From: Bdellovibrionales bacterium
Lineage (GTDB): Bacteria > Bdellovibrionota > Bdellovibrionia > Bdellovibrionales > CAYMLA01
Assembly: GCA_965217115.1 (NCBI GenBank)
Contig: OZ244239.1
Span: forward strand, 672,001 to 736,000
Direction: 5' to 3'
DNA: 64,000 nucleotides
In this document: one piece after another, positions 41,176 through 50,605 of the stretch
Numbering within the stretch: position 1 is the first letter of the stretch
How the letters are laid out: each line of letters opens with the position of its first letter
Translations under genes and position numbers: made by a program
Notes under the pieces: model-generated
What the model saw: only the letters and a program-made list of their open reading frames with translations
Told to the model about the DNA's origin: nothing
The model's database searches: none

Positions 41176-43482
41176 TTAACGAATCTCCGTATTTACCGTT
41201 GGAGGATTTGTCAAATTTGAATTTTGAGGATTATAACCACCACTAATTGAACCACTAATTGAACCACTAATTGATCCACCAATTGATCCACCAATTGAAC
41301 TACTTCCTGAAAAGTAAGAACCATTTTGAATTGAGTTAATACGTATTTGAAGTTGCTGTGCCTCAGAATACAAGTTGGTTAATAATCTCTGCTCAGTTGC
41401 CCTTCTCTGATTAGCCTCTTCCAACCGTCGCTGTTGCTCTTGATAAAACCGTTGCTGCTGTTCAAGTAGCTGTCGTTGGTAATCCAAGCCGCCAGTATAC
41501 CCACCGCCAAAAGGACCGCCACCATACTGACCACCGCCAAAAGGACCACCACCATACTGACCACCGCCAAAAGGACCGCCACCATACTGACCACCGCCAA
41601 AAGGACCGCCACCATACTGACCACCGCCAAAAGGACCACCACCATACTGACCGCCGCCAAAAGGACCGCCACCATACTGACCGCCACCAAAAGGACCGCC
41701 ACCAAAAGGACCGCCACCAAAAGGGCCACCGCCAAAAGAGCCGCCGCCAAAAGGGCCACCGCCAAAAGGGCCACCGCCAAAAGAGCCGCCACCAAAAGGA
41801 CCACCGCCAAAAGAGCCGCCACCAAAAGGACCACCGCCAAAAGGACCACCGCCAAAAGGACCACCGCCAAAAGGACCACCGCCAAAAGAGCCGCCACCAA
41901 AAGGACCACCGCCAAAAGAGCCGCCACCAAAAGGGCCACCGCCAAAAGGGCCGCCACCAAAAGGACCACCGCCAAAAGAGCCGCCACCAAAAGGACCACC
42001 GCCAAAAGAGCCGCCACCAAAAGGACCACCGCCAAAAGAGCCGCCACCAAAAGGACCACCGCCAAAAGAGCCGCCACCAAAAGGACCACCGCCAAAAGAG
42101 CCGCCACCAAAAGGGCCACCGCCAAAAGGGCCGCCACCAAAAGGACCACCGCCAAAAGAGCCGCCACCAAAAGGACCACCGCCAAAAGGGCCGCCACCAA
42201 AAGGACCACCGCCAAAAGGGCCGCCACCGTACTGACCACTGCCCCAGCTGCCTCGCAAACTACCGCCACCTGCGATACCTCCAGCGCAACCCATAGAACC
42301 ACCACCTCTTAAAGCTGATACCGCTCCATAAATTCCAGCAGCAGCTAATGGGTAACCGTAACCACGGGAAGGAAAACCTAAATCAGCATTTTGGCTTGCT
42401 GTCTTTTTAGCTAAGCTATAACCAGCATAAGTTTGCAGGATTCCCAATGCTAATCCACTTAATTTATCCCCTGTAGAAGATTTCCTTTTATACCTATAGC
42501 CAGCTCCTTGGCTTCTACACCAAGGACAGTCCGCCTCAGTCCTTTGTTTCTTAAAATCTCTTTTTACTTTTTTGTTTAATCTTCGCTTCTTTTTTCCGAT
42601 CTTTTTATGCAACCTTTTTTTCTGGTTATCTAATTTAACATAGGCTGTTCTTAATTTAGCCATCTTTTTGTATTCATCTTGGGCATTCTTTGCATTTGTT
42701 TTACAATCCTGAGCATCTGCATCCTCATCTTCTAAATACTTTCTCTTACACAATTCCTTGACGTTAAATTTTCCCTTGTTTTTAACATCACAAATTTTAT
42801 AAAAATCTGGATATTCAAATCCAAAATCTTCAGGATTTTTCCCGCCTTCTGTATAAATCACCTTGCCTAAAGAACTCTCCTCATGCTCTGTACAAACTTT
42901 TCTAGTGGTACTAGCCCCACCCGGCCTTAGACTTGTCACTTCCTCTTTTTTGATACAATGCCTTTCTTCTCCAGTACTTATCTCTAGTTTTCCATTACTT
43001 CCTAAAAGTCTATACTCATAACCATCATCTGTAGAATTAGGTAATCTCACATACTTAGGACCTTCACCTTTCCACAAAGATTTTTTATTCTTCTGTGAGT
43101 ATAAAGGCTCAGATAAACTGTTATCAGAATCAACACTTACATACCCTTCATAAGCTGAACAACTCTTCTGATTTTCCACATGATCTTTAAAAGTCTCATG
43201 CGCTAAATCTTCTAAATTATCTTTCAGCTCATCCATTTCAGTCTCAAATTCCTCTTCTGCTTCTTTCATAGCATCTTTGGCTTCGCTATGTTTTTCCATA
43301 AGCGCTTCCATACTCTGATTAAGCTCATCTAAATCATCTACTATATCTGTTGCTCCCTCAGATAAACCAGCAGAGCCACCAGGACAAGATGCTCCACCAG
43401 ACCAGCTACCGTAACCATAGAATCCCATAGCCCCAACTGAAAGGCTCAGCACACTTAAAACAACTATTAGACTTCTCATCAT
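41176..43482 (-). CDS. Secreted coiled-coil protein with a long glycine-rich pentapeptide repeat
   Basis: AGGAG RBS before ATG at 43482 (ORF track starts at 43530). Signal peptide, coiled coils, CPWC, 48 GGG(P/S)F/GGGQY repeats, Gln-rich C-terminus. Confidence 0.85.
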   Translation of the reverse strand: MMRSLIVVLSVLSLSVGAMGFYGYGSWSGGASCPGGSAGLSEGATDIVDDLDELNQSMEALMEKHSEAKDAMKEAEEEFETEMDELKDNLEDLAHETFKDHVENQKSCSAYEGYVSVDSDNSLSEPLYSQKNKKSLWKGEGPKYVRLPNSTDDGYEYRLLGSNGKLEISTGEERHCIKKEEVTSLRPGGASTTRKVCTEHEESSLGKVIYTEGGKNPEDFGFEYPDFYKICDVKNKGKFNVKELCKRKYLEDEDADAQDCKTNAKNAQDEYKKMAKLRTAYVKLDNQKKRLHKKIGKKKRRLNKKVKRDFKKQRTEADCPWCRSQGAGYRYKRKSSTGDKLSGLALGILQTYAGYSLAKKTASQNADLGFPSRGYGYPLAAAGIYGAVSALRGGGSMGCAGGIAGGGSLRGSWGSGQYGGGPFGGGPFGGGPFGGGPFGGGSFGGGPFGGGPFGGGPFGGGSFGGGPFGGGSFGGGPFGGGSFGGGPFGGGSFGGGPFGGGSFGGGPFGGGPFGGGPFGGGSFGGGPFGGGSFGGGPFGGGPFGGGPFGGGPFGGGSFGGGPFGGGSFGGGPFGGGPFGGGSFGGGPFGGGPFGGGPFGGGQYGGGPFGGGQYGGGPFGGGQYGGGPFGGGQYGGGPFGGGQYGGGPFGGGQYGGGPFGGGYTGGLDYQRQLLEQQQRFYQEQQRRLEEANQRRATEQRLLTNLYSEAQQLQIRINSIQNGSYFSGSSSIGGSIGGSISGSISGSISGGYNPQNSNLTNPPTVNTEIR
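41509..42228 (-). repeat. Coding tandem repeat, 48 x 15 bp
   Basis: 720 bp of 15-bp units (e.g. ccgccaccaaaagga on +) encoding GGGPF, GGGSF and GGGQY. Confidence 0.95.
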
Positions 43483-43520
43483 ACTGCGTCTCCTAAAGTA
43501 CGCGGTTCTTTCATAGCTCT

Positions 43521-43547
43521 TGTTCGACATAGAAAAACAAGCACTTA
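43521..43547 (-). promoter_or_regulatory. Putative sigma-28 promoter for the Gly-rich protein
   Basis: TAAG-N15-GTCGAACA on the minus strand, 39 nt upstream of the start. Confidence 0.45.
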
Positions 43548-43630
43548 AAAGATATCCTTAATAATTAGACTTTCAACCAGTACTTCTCTTATTTATTCTC
43601 CCACAATAAGCCATAATTCAACAATACCAT

Positions 43631-43657
43631 TAATATCCTCCCTAAAAGTGCCGATTT
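43631..43657 (+). promoter_or_regulatory. Putative sigma-28 promoter for the hybrid kinase
   Basis: TAAT-N15-GCCGATTT. Confidence 0.5.
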
Positions 43658-43703
43658 AGATAGCTCTTATCTTAATAGTTATTTTTACACAAATTGCGGA
43701 CTT

Positions 43704-44789
43704 ATGAAACATACTATTCTTGTTGTAGACGACGAACGCGATAATACTGAGGCTCTAGAGCGACTTTTTAGACAAAAGTACCACGTGCTAAAAGCCCAGT
43801 CTGGTTCTGAAGCTCTCAATATTTTAAAGTCAGAAGATAATGTCCCGCTCATTATATCTGATCAACGTATGCCTGAAATGACAGGAGTTGAATTTCTTGA
43901 GAAATCACTCAGCACCCATCCTGATACTATGAGAATCCTTTTAACAGGTTTTACCGATATTGATTCCGTCATTAGTGCCATTAATTCAGGACAAGTTTAT
44001 CGTTATCTCACTAAACCCTGGGACCCTATAGACCTGCAAGCCACCGTCGATCGAGCAATCGAACAATTTGAACTCTCCCAAAAGATTGTTCGACAGAACA
44101 AAGAACTCTCAGTCTTAGATGAAGCTAAGGATCAGTTCATGATTCTTATCAATCACGAACTAAAAACTCCACTTACTTCAATGTTAAATTTTTTGTCCTT
44201 ACTCAAAGAGTCTGAACTTAACATTGATCAAAGTCTCTACGCAGATCGTATTGAAACTAGTGCTATTAGGCTACAGAAGTTAATCAATCAGTCCCTAAGA
44301 CTTGTCAAGGCAGAAGCTGGCCGTATAAGTATCCATACAAAAACATTCCCCTTAGACCATCTCAGTAATTTTATATTTAATTCCACTCTTCCTAAGAAAA
44401 TTTCTAATAAGAAACAAATTCTAAATATCTCCTTCGAAAAAAACATTCAAACTAAAATTGATTCCGAAATTATCTCCAGCTGTTTACATGAACTCATACA
44501 AAATGCCCATCAATTTTCTCCACAGGGCGCCTCTATTAACTTAAAATCTCAAATTCAAGACAAACAGATCATTATCACTGTCTCTAATACTGGGATTTCC
44601 ATGACACAAGAAGTGATTCATAAAATACTCAAACCTTTCAGCCTTAACGAGGATATTATGAATCACAGCAAAGGCCTCGGGCTTGGGCTAAGTCTTACCA
44701 GTGCTTTGCTTAAAACCCATAAAACCGAACTAAAGATAGAATCCAGTGTAGACTCTGTCTCTATGAGCTTCTCTCTGCCAAAAGCATAA
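43704..44789 (+). CDS. Hybrid response regulator-histidine kinase (REC-HisKA-HATPase)
   Basis: VVDDE, ISDQRMP, KPWD; H-box NHELKTPL; GLGLGL. Confidence 0.9.
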   Translation: MKHTILVVDDERDNTEALERLFRQKYHVLKAQSGSEALNILKSEDNVPLIISDQRMPEMTGVEFLEKSLSTHPDTMRILLTGFTDIDSVISAINSGQVYRYLTKPWDPIDLQATVDRAIEQFELSQKIVRQNKELSVLDEAKDQFMILINHELKTPLTSMLNFLSLLKESELNIDQSLYADRIETSAIRLQKLINQSLRLVKAEAGRISIHTKTFPLDHLSNFIFNSTLPKKISNKKQILNISFEKNIQTKIDSEIISSCLHELIQNAHQFSPQGASINLKSQIQDKQIIITVSNTGISMTQEVIHKILKPFSLNEDIMNHSKGLGLGLSLTSALLKTHKTELKIESSVDSVSMSFSLPKA

Positions 44790-44827
44790 TAACATTCCTT
44801 CAACAAGCATCGTGCCTTGTTCTATGA

Positions 44828-45953
44828 ACTTTAAATATCTGAACAACTTCCCCCCCCCAATATCTCCATTACCCCCATTCCATAAAATTCCCAAAACAGA
44901 GTCTTTAAAGTAGATGTTTGTTTTTTTGCGAGTTCGGATTGGTGCGATGCTCGCAAAGCGAGCCACGCTGCCAAACGAATGTCTGAGCAAAAAAATAAAC
45001 ATCTACTTTAAAGACACTCTTCTTGCTAGAAATTTAAATTTTATAACTTACCACATAGACAAGATCATACCTAAGATCGCTATAATAACCCATTAGTACC
45101 TATACTTTAAATATCTGAACACCCCCCCTCCAAGCTCTCCATTACCCCCATTCCATAAAATTCCCAAAACAGAGTCTTTAAAGTAGATGTCTATTTTTTT
45201 GCGAGTTCGGATTGGTGCGATGCTCGCAAAGCGAGCCACGCTGCCAAACGAATGTCTGAGCAAAAGAATAAACATCTACTTTAAAGACACTCTTCTTGCT
45301 AGAAATTTAAACTTTATAACTTACCACATAGACAGAGATCATACCTAAGATCGCTATAATAACCCATTAGTACCTATACTTTAAATATCTGAACACCTCC
45401 CCTCCAAAATCTCCATTACCCCCATTCCATAAAATTCCCAAAACAGAGTCTTTAAAGTAGATGTTTGTTTTTTTGCGAGTTCGGATTGGTGCGATGCTCG
45501 CAAAGCGAGCCACGCTGCCAAACGAATGTCTGAGCAAAAGAATAAACATCTACTTTAAAGACACTCTTCTTGCTAGAAATTTAAACTTTATAACTTACCA
45601 CATAGACAGAGATCATACCTAAGATCGCTATAATAACCCATTAGTACCTATACTTTAAATATCTGAACACCTCCCCTCCAAAATCTCCATTACCCCCATT
45701 CCATAAAATTCCCAAAAAGAGTCTTTAAAGTAGATGTTTGTTTTTTTGCGAGTTCGGATTGGTGCGATGCTCGCAAAGCGAGCCACGCTGCCAAACGAAT
45801 GTCTGAGCAAAAGAATAAACATCTACTTTAAAGACGCTCTTCTTGCTAGAAATTTAAACTTTGTAACTTACCACATAGACAGAGATCATACCTAAGATCG
45901 CTATAATAACCCATTAGTGCCTATACTTTAAAGACACTCTTCTTGCTAGAATT
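44828..45953. repeat. Tandem array of four ~274-bp units plus a partial unit
   Basis: Unit starts ACTTTAAA at 44828, 45104, 45378, 45652 and (partial) 45925. Each full unit contains a ~115-bp palindrome and a copy of the 3' end of gene 45954..46310. Confidence 0.95.
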
Positions 45954-46310
45954 TTAAACTTTGTAACTTACCGCATAGACAGAGATCATACCCAAGATAG
46001 CTATGATGATCCATAGTCCTTGCGCTTTCTCAGGCATTTTTTTAATAAAAGCAATGATGCCGCCTAAAATAAGCCAGATCACTAATTTGATGTAAATCCA
46101 AGGGGGCAAACCGCCTGTTATCCCCAAACGGGCGAGCATACCAAAGCCACCAACTAAAATAACTAGAAGAGACAGACCGTGAGTTATACCCATCCATTTT
46201 GGCCATGCCTCTTGGGGGTTTATTAATCGCACTGTGGCCATAGAGGCTAAGCACATAAAGAGAATAAGAATAGATGAAATGTGCATAAAATGATAAGATG
46301 AATAACTCAT
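45954..46310 (-). CDS. Small 4-TM membrane protein (SirB2/DUF2269-like)
   Basis: 118 aa, four hydrophobic segments, His in TM1 and TM2, PPWIYIKL motif. Confidence 0.75.
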   Translation of the reverse strand: MSYSSYHFMHISSILILFMCLASMATVRLINPQEAWPKWMGITHGLSLLVILVGGFGMLARLGITGGLPPWIYIKLVIWLILGGIIAFIKKMPEKAQGLWIIIAILGMISVYAVSYKV

Positions 46311-46512
46311 GGAGAACCCTCTTTGTTTCTTAATTAATAAAAATTTTATCTCAAATTTACTCAGAAGTTATTTCAAAGTGATATATTATAGACCTTCGTC
46401 GAGACACACAATGGATAAACACCCTCCATTCCATCACTTAACGTTCAGATTGCAGCGTCTCTCACTTTCCAAACCACGCCGTTGTTCCCAGTCAAATGCA
46501 GATTTCAACTAA

Positions 46513-46632
46513 GAGTTTTTTTAATGTGCTTTTATTATTTAGCGAGTTCGGATTGGTGCGATGCTCGCAAAGCGAGCGGCGCTGCCGAACGCAATGTCTG
46601 AGCTAAATAATGAAAGCACATTAAAAAAACTC
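46513..46632. repeat. Solo palindromic element, same core as the array and MITE palindromes
   Basis: IR GAGTTTTTTTAATGTGCTTTTATTATTTA/TAAATAATGAAAGCACATTAAAAAAACTC around GCGAGTTCGGATTGG..GCTCGCAAAGCGAGC..AATGTCTGAGC. Confidence 0.85.
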
Positions 46633-46654
46633 CTTATTTGCCCAAATCAAAAAC

Positions 46655-47782
46655 CTATTGGTGAATTTCGTATTTAAGAAACCGACAATCCACCCCCCCA
46701 TTTTTAACTGGATATTTACGAGCTGTCTTCATACTCAAAAGAGGCGTTAAGTCTTTATTGCCTGCTAAAACCCAAACTGTCCAACCTTTGAAGTGAGTTT
46801 TAAGCGTAAAACCAAGATCTCGATAAACATCTTTAAGGTTCTCCTCTTCACCCATACGAATTGCATAGGGAGGGTTCGTCACCACAATTCCTTTTTTACA
46901 AGGGGCCTCTAAAGTCGTCACATCCCCACGTTTAATCTCTATCAACGACGCCACACCTGCGGCTTTAACATTAGCTATCGCATGTCTTAAAGCCTTGCGA
47001 TCTCGATCAAAACCATAAAGTTCACAATCAACCTCATCTAATTCTTTCTCCAAAACTTCATCTAAAATTTTTTGATATTTTTCTTCATTAAATTTTTTGT
47101 GCTCCATAAAAATAAAACGATTTCGCAAAGTTCCCGGACCCACACGCAAAGCCTTCAACGCTGCTTCAATAAGAAACGTTCCAGAACCACACATCGGGTC
47201 AACCAAGTTACTACAGCCATCCCACTCAGCTATCGCAAGAAGTCCCGCCGCTAGATTCTCCTTGATAGGAGCCTCTCCCACTTGTTTACGATAACCTCTT
47301 TTGAATAAACTCTCTCCTGTCATATCTAAAGACACATCATAACGATCCCGCACTCCACGAATCTGAATTCTTAACTGAGCCTCCATTTTATCCACGTCAG
47401 GCCGAATATTAAATTTATCACGAAACTGATCTGCTACTGCATCTTTGACTTTCATTGCAAGCAGTCTTTGATCCCTAATTAAACACTCTCGAATAGAGGC
47501 ATCCACATACATTTTTCCATTTGGTTCAATGTACTTAGTAAAATCTAGTTTTTGAATATTACTATAAACCTCATCAGGGTTCTTTGCATAAAACCTTGAT
47601 AAAGGTTTTATGAAACGACTAGCAATTCGTGATTCTAAATGAACGCGATAGATTCCCATAATATCCGTCTTAAAGATCACCTCAGAGGCGTTGTTTTCCT
47701 GAACATCAACCCCTTGCTCCCTCAACTCAGAAGACAAGACATCTCCCAGCCCCTTAGCTGTTAGTGCAATATAGGTTTCCAC
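46655..47782 (-). CDS. rlmL: THUMP-domain RNA m2G methyltransferase (RlmL-like)
   Basis: THUMP domain, SLFKRGYR..APIKENLAA, DPMCGSGTFLIEAA, NPPY. Confidence 0.85.
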   Translation of the reverse strand: METYIALTAKGLGDVLSSELREQGVDVQENNASEVIFKTDIMGIYRVHLESRIASRFIKPLSRFYAKNPDEVYSNIQKLDFTKYIEPNGKMYVDASIRECLIRDQRLLAMKVKDAVADQFRDKFNIRPDVDKMEAQLRIQIRGVRDRYDVSLDMTGESLFKRGYRKQVGEAPIKENLAAGLLAIAEWDGCSNLVDPMCGSGTFLIEAALKALRVGPGTLRNRFIFMEHKKFNEEKYQKILDEVLEKELDEVDCELYGFDRDRKALRHAIANVKAAGVASLIEIKRGDVTTLEAPCKKGIVVTNPPYAIRMGEEENLKDVYRDLGFTLKTHFKGWTVWVLAGNKDLTPLLSMKTARKYPVKNGGVDCRFLKYEIHQ

Positions 47783-47992
47783 TTCTCACTCCTTGCCACG
47801 GGTGACATTAACGCAATACAGATCTGGACAGATACAGGTCTTCTCCTGCGAGGTCAAACACATCCTAACTCTATCCATAAAATGCATAAATTATCCACTT
47901 TGACCTTTAAATAAGTCCACTGTATAAATTGACTATAAAAAATCTCGTTTATTGATACTAATAAGCTATATTATTTGTAGGAGACTTAATCA

Positions 47993-49645
47993 ATGTCAGA
48001 CACCTTCCAGCCCCTCAGATACCAAAAACCACTTGATCACGGAAAATTAATTCTGAACGAAAAACCTGATAATGACGCCGTTCCTATGGATGTTCTTTTT
48101 GTCGGAGGCGGACCCGCTGGCTTATCTGGAGCCATTGAACTAGCAAAACTCATCAAAAAAGACTCTGAAAATGGCGGTAACTTAGGAGACATAGAAATTG
48201 GCATTTTAGAAAAATCAGCCAATCTCGGTGAACATTGCCTCTCTGGGGCCGTCATAAATCCCTGTGTTTTTGAAGAACTCTTCCCTGAAAAAGAAATCTC
48301 TGAGTTTCCTTTTCGACAGAAAGTCGAACATGATGCTACCTACATTTTAACAAAGAACACCCATATACCAATTCCAACTCCCCCAACAATGCACAATAAA
48401 GGCAATTATGTTGGCTCTATCTGCGAAGCTGTTCGTTGGCTAGGGGAGCAAGCCGAGGAAATGGGTATCAATATACTTCCTGGTTTCCCTGCCGCATCTC
48501 TACTCGTAGACGATAAAACAGTGATCGGCGTTAGAACCGCTGAAACAGGTCTTAATAGAGATCATTCCCAGAGCGACAATCATATGCCAGCAACTGATCT
48601 AACAGCTCAAGTCACTGTCCTCACCGAAGGAACACGCGGACCGCTTGGACAAGCCTATCGACAATGGCAAGGTATCACTTCTCCAAATCCACAAATTTTT
48701 GCTCTCGGTGTTAAAGAAATTTGGAAAGTTAAGAAAGCTCCAAAAAAAGTTATCCACACTCTTGGCTGGCCTCTCTCCTCTGATGTTTTTGGTGGAAGTT
48801 TTATGTACCCAATGGGTGATGATCAGATAGCTCTTGGCATTGTTGTTGGGCTTGATCACAAACAAAACAACCTAGATACTCACCGTCTTCTTCAGCAAAT
48901 CAAAGAACATTCTTTATTCAAATCATACCTCGAAGATGGGGAACTCATCGAGTGGGGCGCAAAAACGATTCCCGAAGGTGGACACTATTCTCTACCCGAA
49001 AGATTCCATGGTGACGGTCTGCTCATGGCTGGAGACACCGTTGGTTTTGTTAATGTTCCTGCGATTAAAGGCATCCACTATGCCATGAAATCAGGAGTTC
49101 TCGCAGCTCGTACCATATTCAAAGCCTTAAAAGAAAAAAATACCAAGGCCGATCAATTAAGAATCTATGACGATATGATTAGAAATAGTTTTATTCAAAA
49201 AGATATGTACGAAACACGCAATATGCGTCTAGCCTTCAAAAATGGCTTTTTCTTAGGTGGACTCAAAGCTGGTTTAATGACTGCAACCAAAGGGGCTTTT
49301 CCTGGGAAACAAATCAAAATCGTCGAAGACGCCGCTGTTTTTAAGTCCTCCGGAGACTCTCTAGAGCCAGTCAATACCCCCCTTAGTAAGGCCGATGCCG
49401 TTTATCAATCTGGTAATAAAACTAGGGACGACGCCCCCTCACACTTAGACGAACAAGAAAATCTCCCCGAAGAGATTGTCGATATGTACGTAGCCATGTG
49501 TCCAGCGGGAGTTTATGAAAAAAATGGCAAAAAAACACTTCTAATTAACACACCAAACTGTGTCGACTGCAAAGCTACAGACATCCTCGGACCACGTTGG
49601 GAAGCAAGAGAAGGGGGTTCAGGCCCTTCCTATCAACAAATGTAG
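47993..49645 (+). CDS. Electron-transfer flavoprotein:quinone oxidoreductase (ETF-QO)
   Basis: VGGGPAGL FAD motif, LSGAV, GVKEIW, WGAKTIPEGG, KGIHYAMKSG, C-terminal CPAGVYE..NCVDCK. Confidence 0.92.
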   Translation: MSDTFQPLRYQKPLDHGKLILNEKPDNDAVPMDVLFVGGGPAGLSGAIELAKLIKKDSENGGNLGDIEIGILEKSANLGEHCLSGAVINPCVFEELFPEKEISEFPFRQKVEHDATYILTKNTHIPIPTPPTMHNKGNYVGSICEAVRWLGEQAEEMGINILPGFPAASLLVDDKTVIGVRTAETGLNRDHSQSDNHMPATDLTAQVTVLTEGTRGPLGQAYRQWQGITSPNPQIFALGVKEIWKVKKAPKKVIHTLGWPLSSDVFGGSFMYPMGDDQIALGIVVGLDHKQNNLDTHRLLQQIKEHSLFKSYLEDGELIEWGAKTIPEGGHYSLPERFHGDGLLMAGDTVGFVNVPAIKGIHYAMKSGVLAARTIFKALKEKNTKADQLRIYDDMIRNSFIQKDMYETRNMRLAFKNGFFLGGLKAGLMTATKGAFPGKQIKIVEDAAVFKSSGDSLEPVNTPLSKADAVYQSGNKTRDDAPSHLDEQENLPEEIVDMYVAMCPAGVYEKNGKKTLLINTPNCVDCKATDILGPRWEAREGGSGPSYQQM

Positions 49646-49667
49646 CTCTTGCTAGATCGGTAACCAT

Positions 49668-49916
49668 TTATTGCTCGCTAAGAATCTCTTTCTGAACAAC
49701 TAGAAGATTTACGACCCTAGCGGGATAAGGTAAATTCTCCTGCACCTGCAAGGATCGCTCATCGACACCTCCAGGATAAAGGCGTTTCTTAGCTCGTAAG
49801 TCCAACTCCTGATCTTTTTGAAGATCAGCCTGTTCCTGAGAAAAAACAAGCGAGAACGGTAAAAGCAAGAAGAGTATCAATAGCAGAGAGGACATTTTTT
49901 TTATTCTATCATTCAT
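49668..49916 (-). CDS. Small secreted hypothetical protein
   Basis: Signal peptide; KRLYPGG.DE..L.VQ..L motif. Confidence 0.6.
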   Translation of the reverse strand: MNDRIKKMSSLLLILFLLLPFSLVFSQEQADLQKDQELDLRAKKRLYPGGVDERSLQVQENLPYPARVVNLLVVQKEILSEQ

Positions 49917-49983
49917 CTTTTTATTCTACCTCTTTGATCGTACTCAGAGCTTTAGCATGACTAATATCAAAAACAAAGACAAG

Positions 49984-50010
49984 AAAAAAGGGAGTTTCTA
50001 GGCTCCCTCT
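49984..50010 (-). terminator. Intrinsic terminator after rpmB-rplX
   Basis: AGGGAGT-TTCTAG-GCTCCCT hairpin with an A-run on +. Confidence 0.55.
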
Positions 50011-50052
50011 TATATATCTATTCAAATTTAAAGTACAATCTAAGTACAAATT

Positions 50053-50289
50053 TTAACTTTTATTAGAAGACACCGACTCTACAAGTTTAATATTTGAATA
50101 ATCAATAAAGCCCTCTTTCTTCAGAAGCCCCTTCTCTTTGTCAAAGTGAGTTTGAACATTAACACCCTGAACCTTAACCTTTAAACTGTCTCTGTTCATA
50201 AGCAAAACAGAACCTTTTGTCCCTTTACTTGACCCAGCTATGACCTCGACCATATCACCTTTTTTAATTTTTAATTTCATCTTTCCCAT
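50053..50289 (-). CDS. rplX: 50S ribosomal protein uL24 (short, outside the spc operon)
   Basis: KOW motif IKKGDMVEVIAGSSKGTKGSV; VQGVN..KEG.IDYSNI. Confidence 0.85.
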   Translation of the reverse strand: MGKMKLKIKKGDMVEVIAGSSKGTKGSVLLMNRDSLKVKVQGVNVQTHFDKEKGLLKKEGFIDYSNIKLVESVSSNKS

Positions 50290-50314
50290 TTATCTAGGCC
50301 CCTAATCAATTTTT

Positions 50315-50605
50315 CTATTTGTTTTTTCTATTGAGCTTAGCTCTTACTCTTTTGTAAACAGCTTGCGCTCTTTTAGACATTTTTTCAACTGGCGTCCTTA
50401 AAATAAACGTATCGAACCCACCCTGGTGCTCCATCGTCCTCAAAGTGGTCATTGCCATTTTGAAACTCACCATCTGGTTCAAGACCCGACTATAAACACG
50501 TTTTTTTTGTATATTAGGTTGCGCAACACTCTTAGTCTTGATGTTCGAGTGACTCACCAAATTTTTTACAACAGGCCCTTTGCCCGTCAGCTCACAGCGA
50601 CTCAT
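50315..50605 (-). CDS. rpmB: 50S ribosomal protein bL28
   Basis: MSRCELTGK..VSHSNIKTK..PNIQ. Confidence 0.95.
   Translation of the reverse strand: MSRCELTGKGPVVKNLVSHSNIKTKSVAQPNIQKKRVYSRVLNQMVSFKMAMTTLRTMEHQGGFDTFILRTPVEKMSKRAQAVYKRVRAKLNRKNK

Noticed and set aside
41379..42312. Long alternative-frame ORFs (VAALLAVVLL... and TAKRAATKR...)
   Set aside because: Shadow frames of the stop-free 15-bp repeat. The Gly-rich frame is continuous with a signal peptide, RBS and flanking domains.
44730..45549. Repeated 60-90 aa ORFs (MFILLLRHSFGSVARF...)
   Set aside because: They are by-products of the palindromic repeat, with no RBS or protein-like features.
44828..45953. CRISPR array
   Set aside because: Units are ~274 bp and nearly identical throughout, with no unique spacers and no cas genes.
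45854..46014. DGR template/variable repeat pair
   Set aside because: Mismatches are not adenine-specific on either strand, and there is no reverse transcriptase in the window.
46513..46632. Hammerhead ribozyme or integron attC site
   Set aside because: Lacks the CUGAnGA/GAAA core and RYYYAAC/GTTRRRY boxes; no integrase or cassette organisation.
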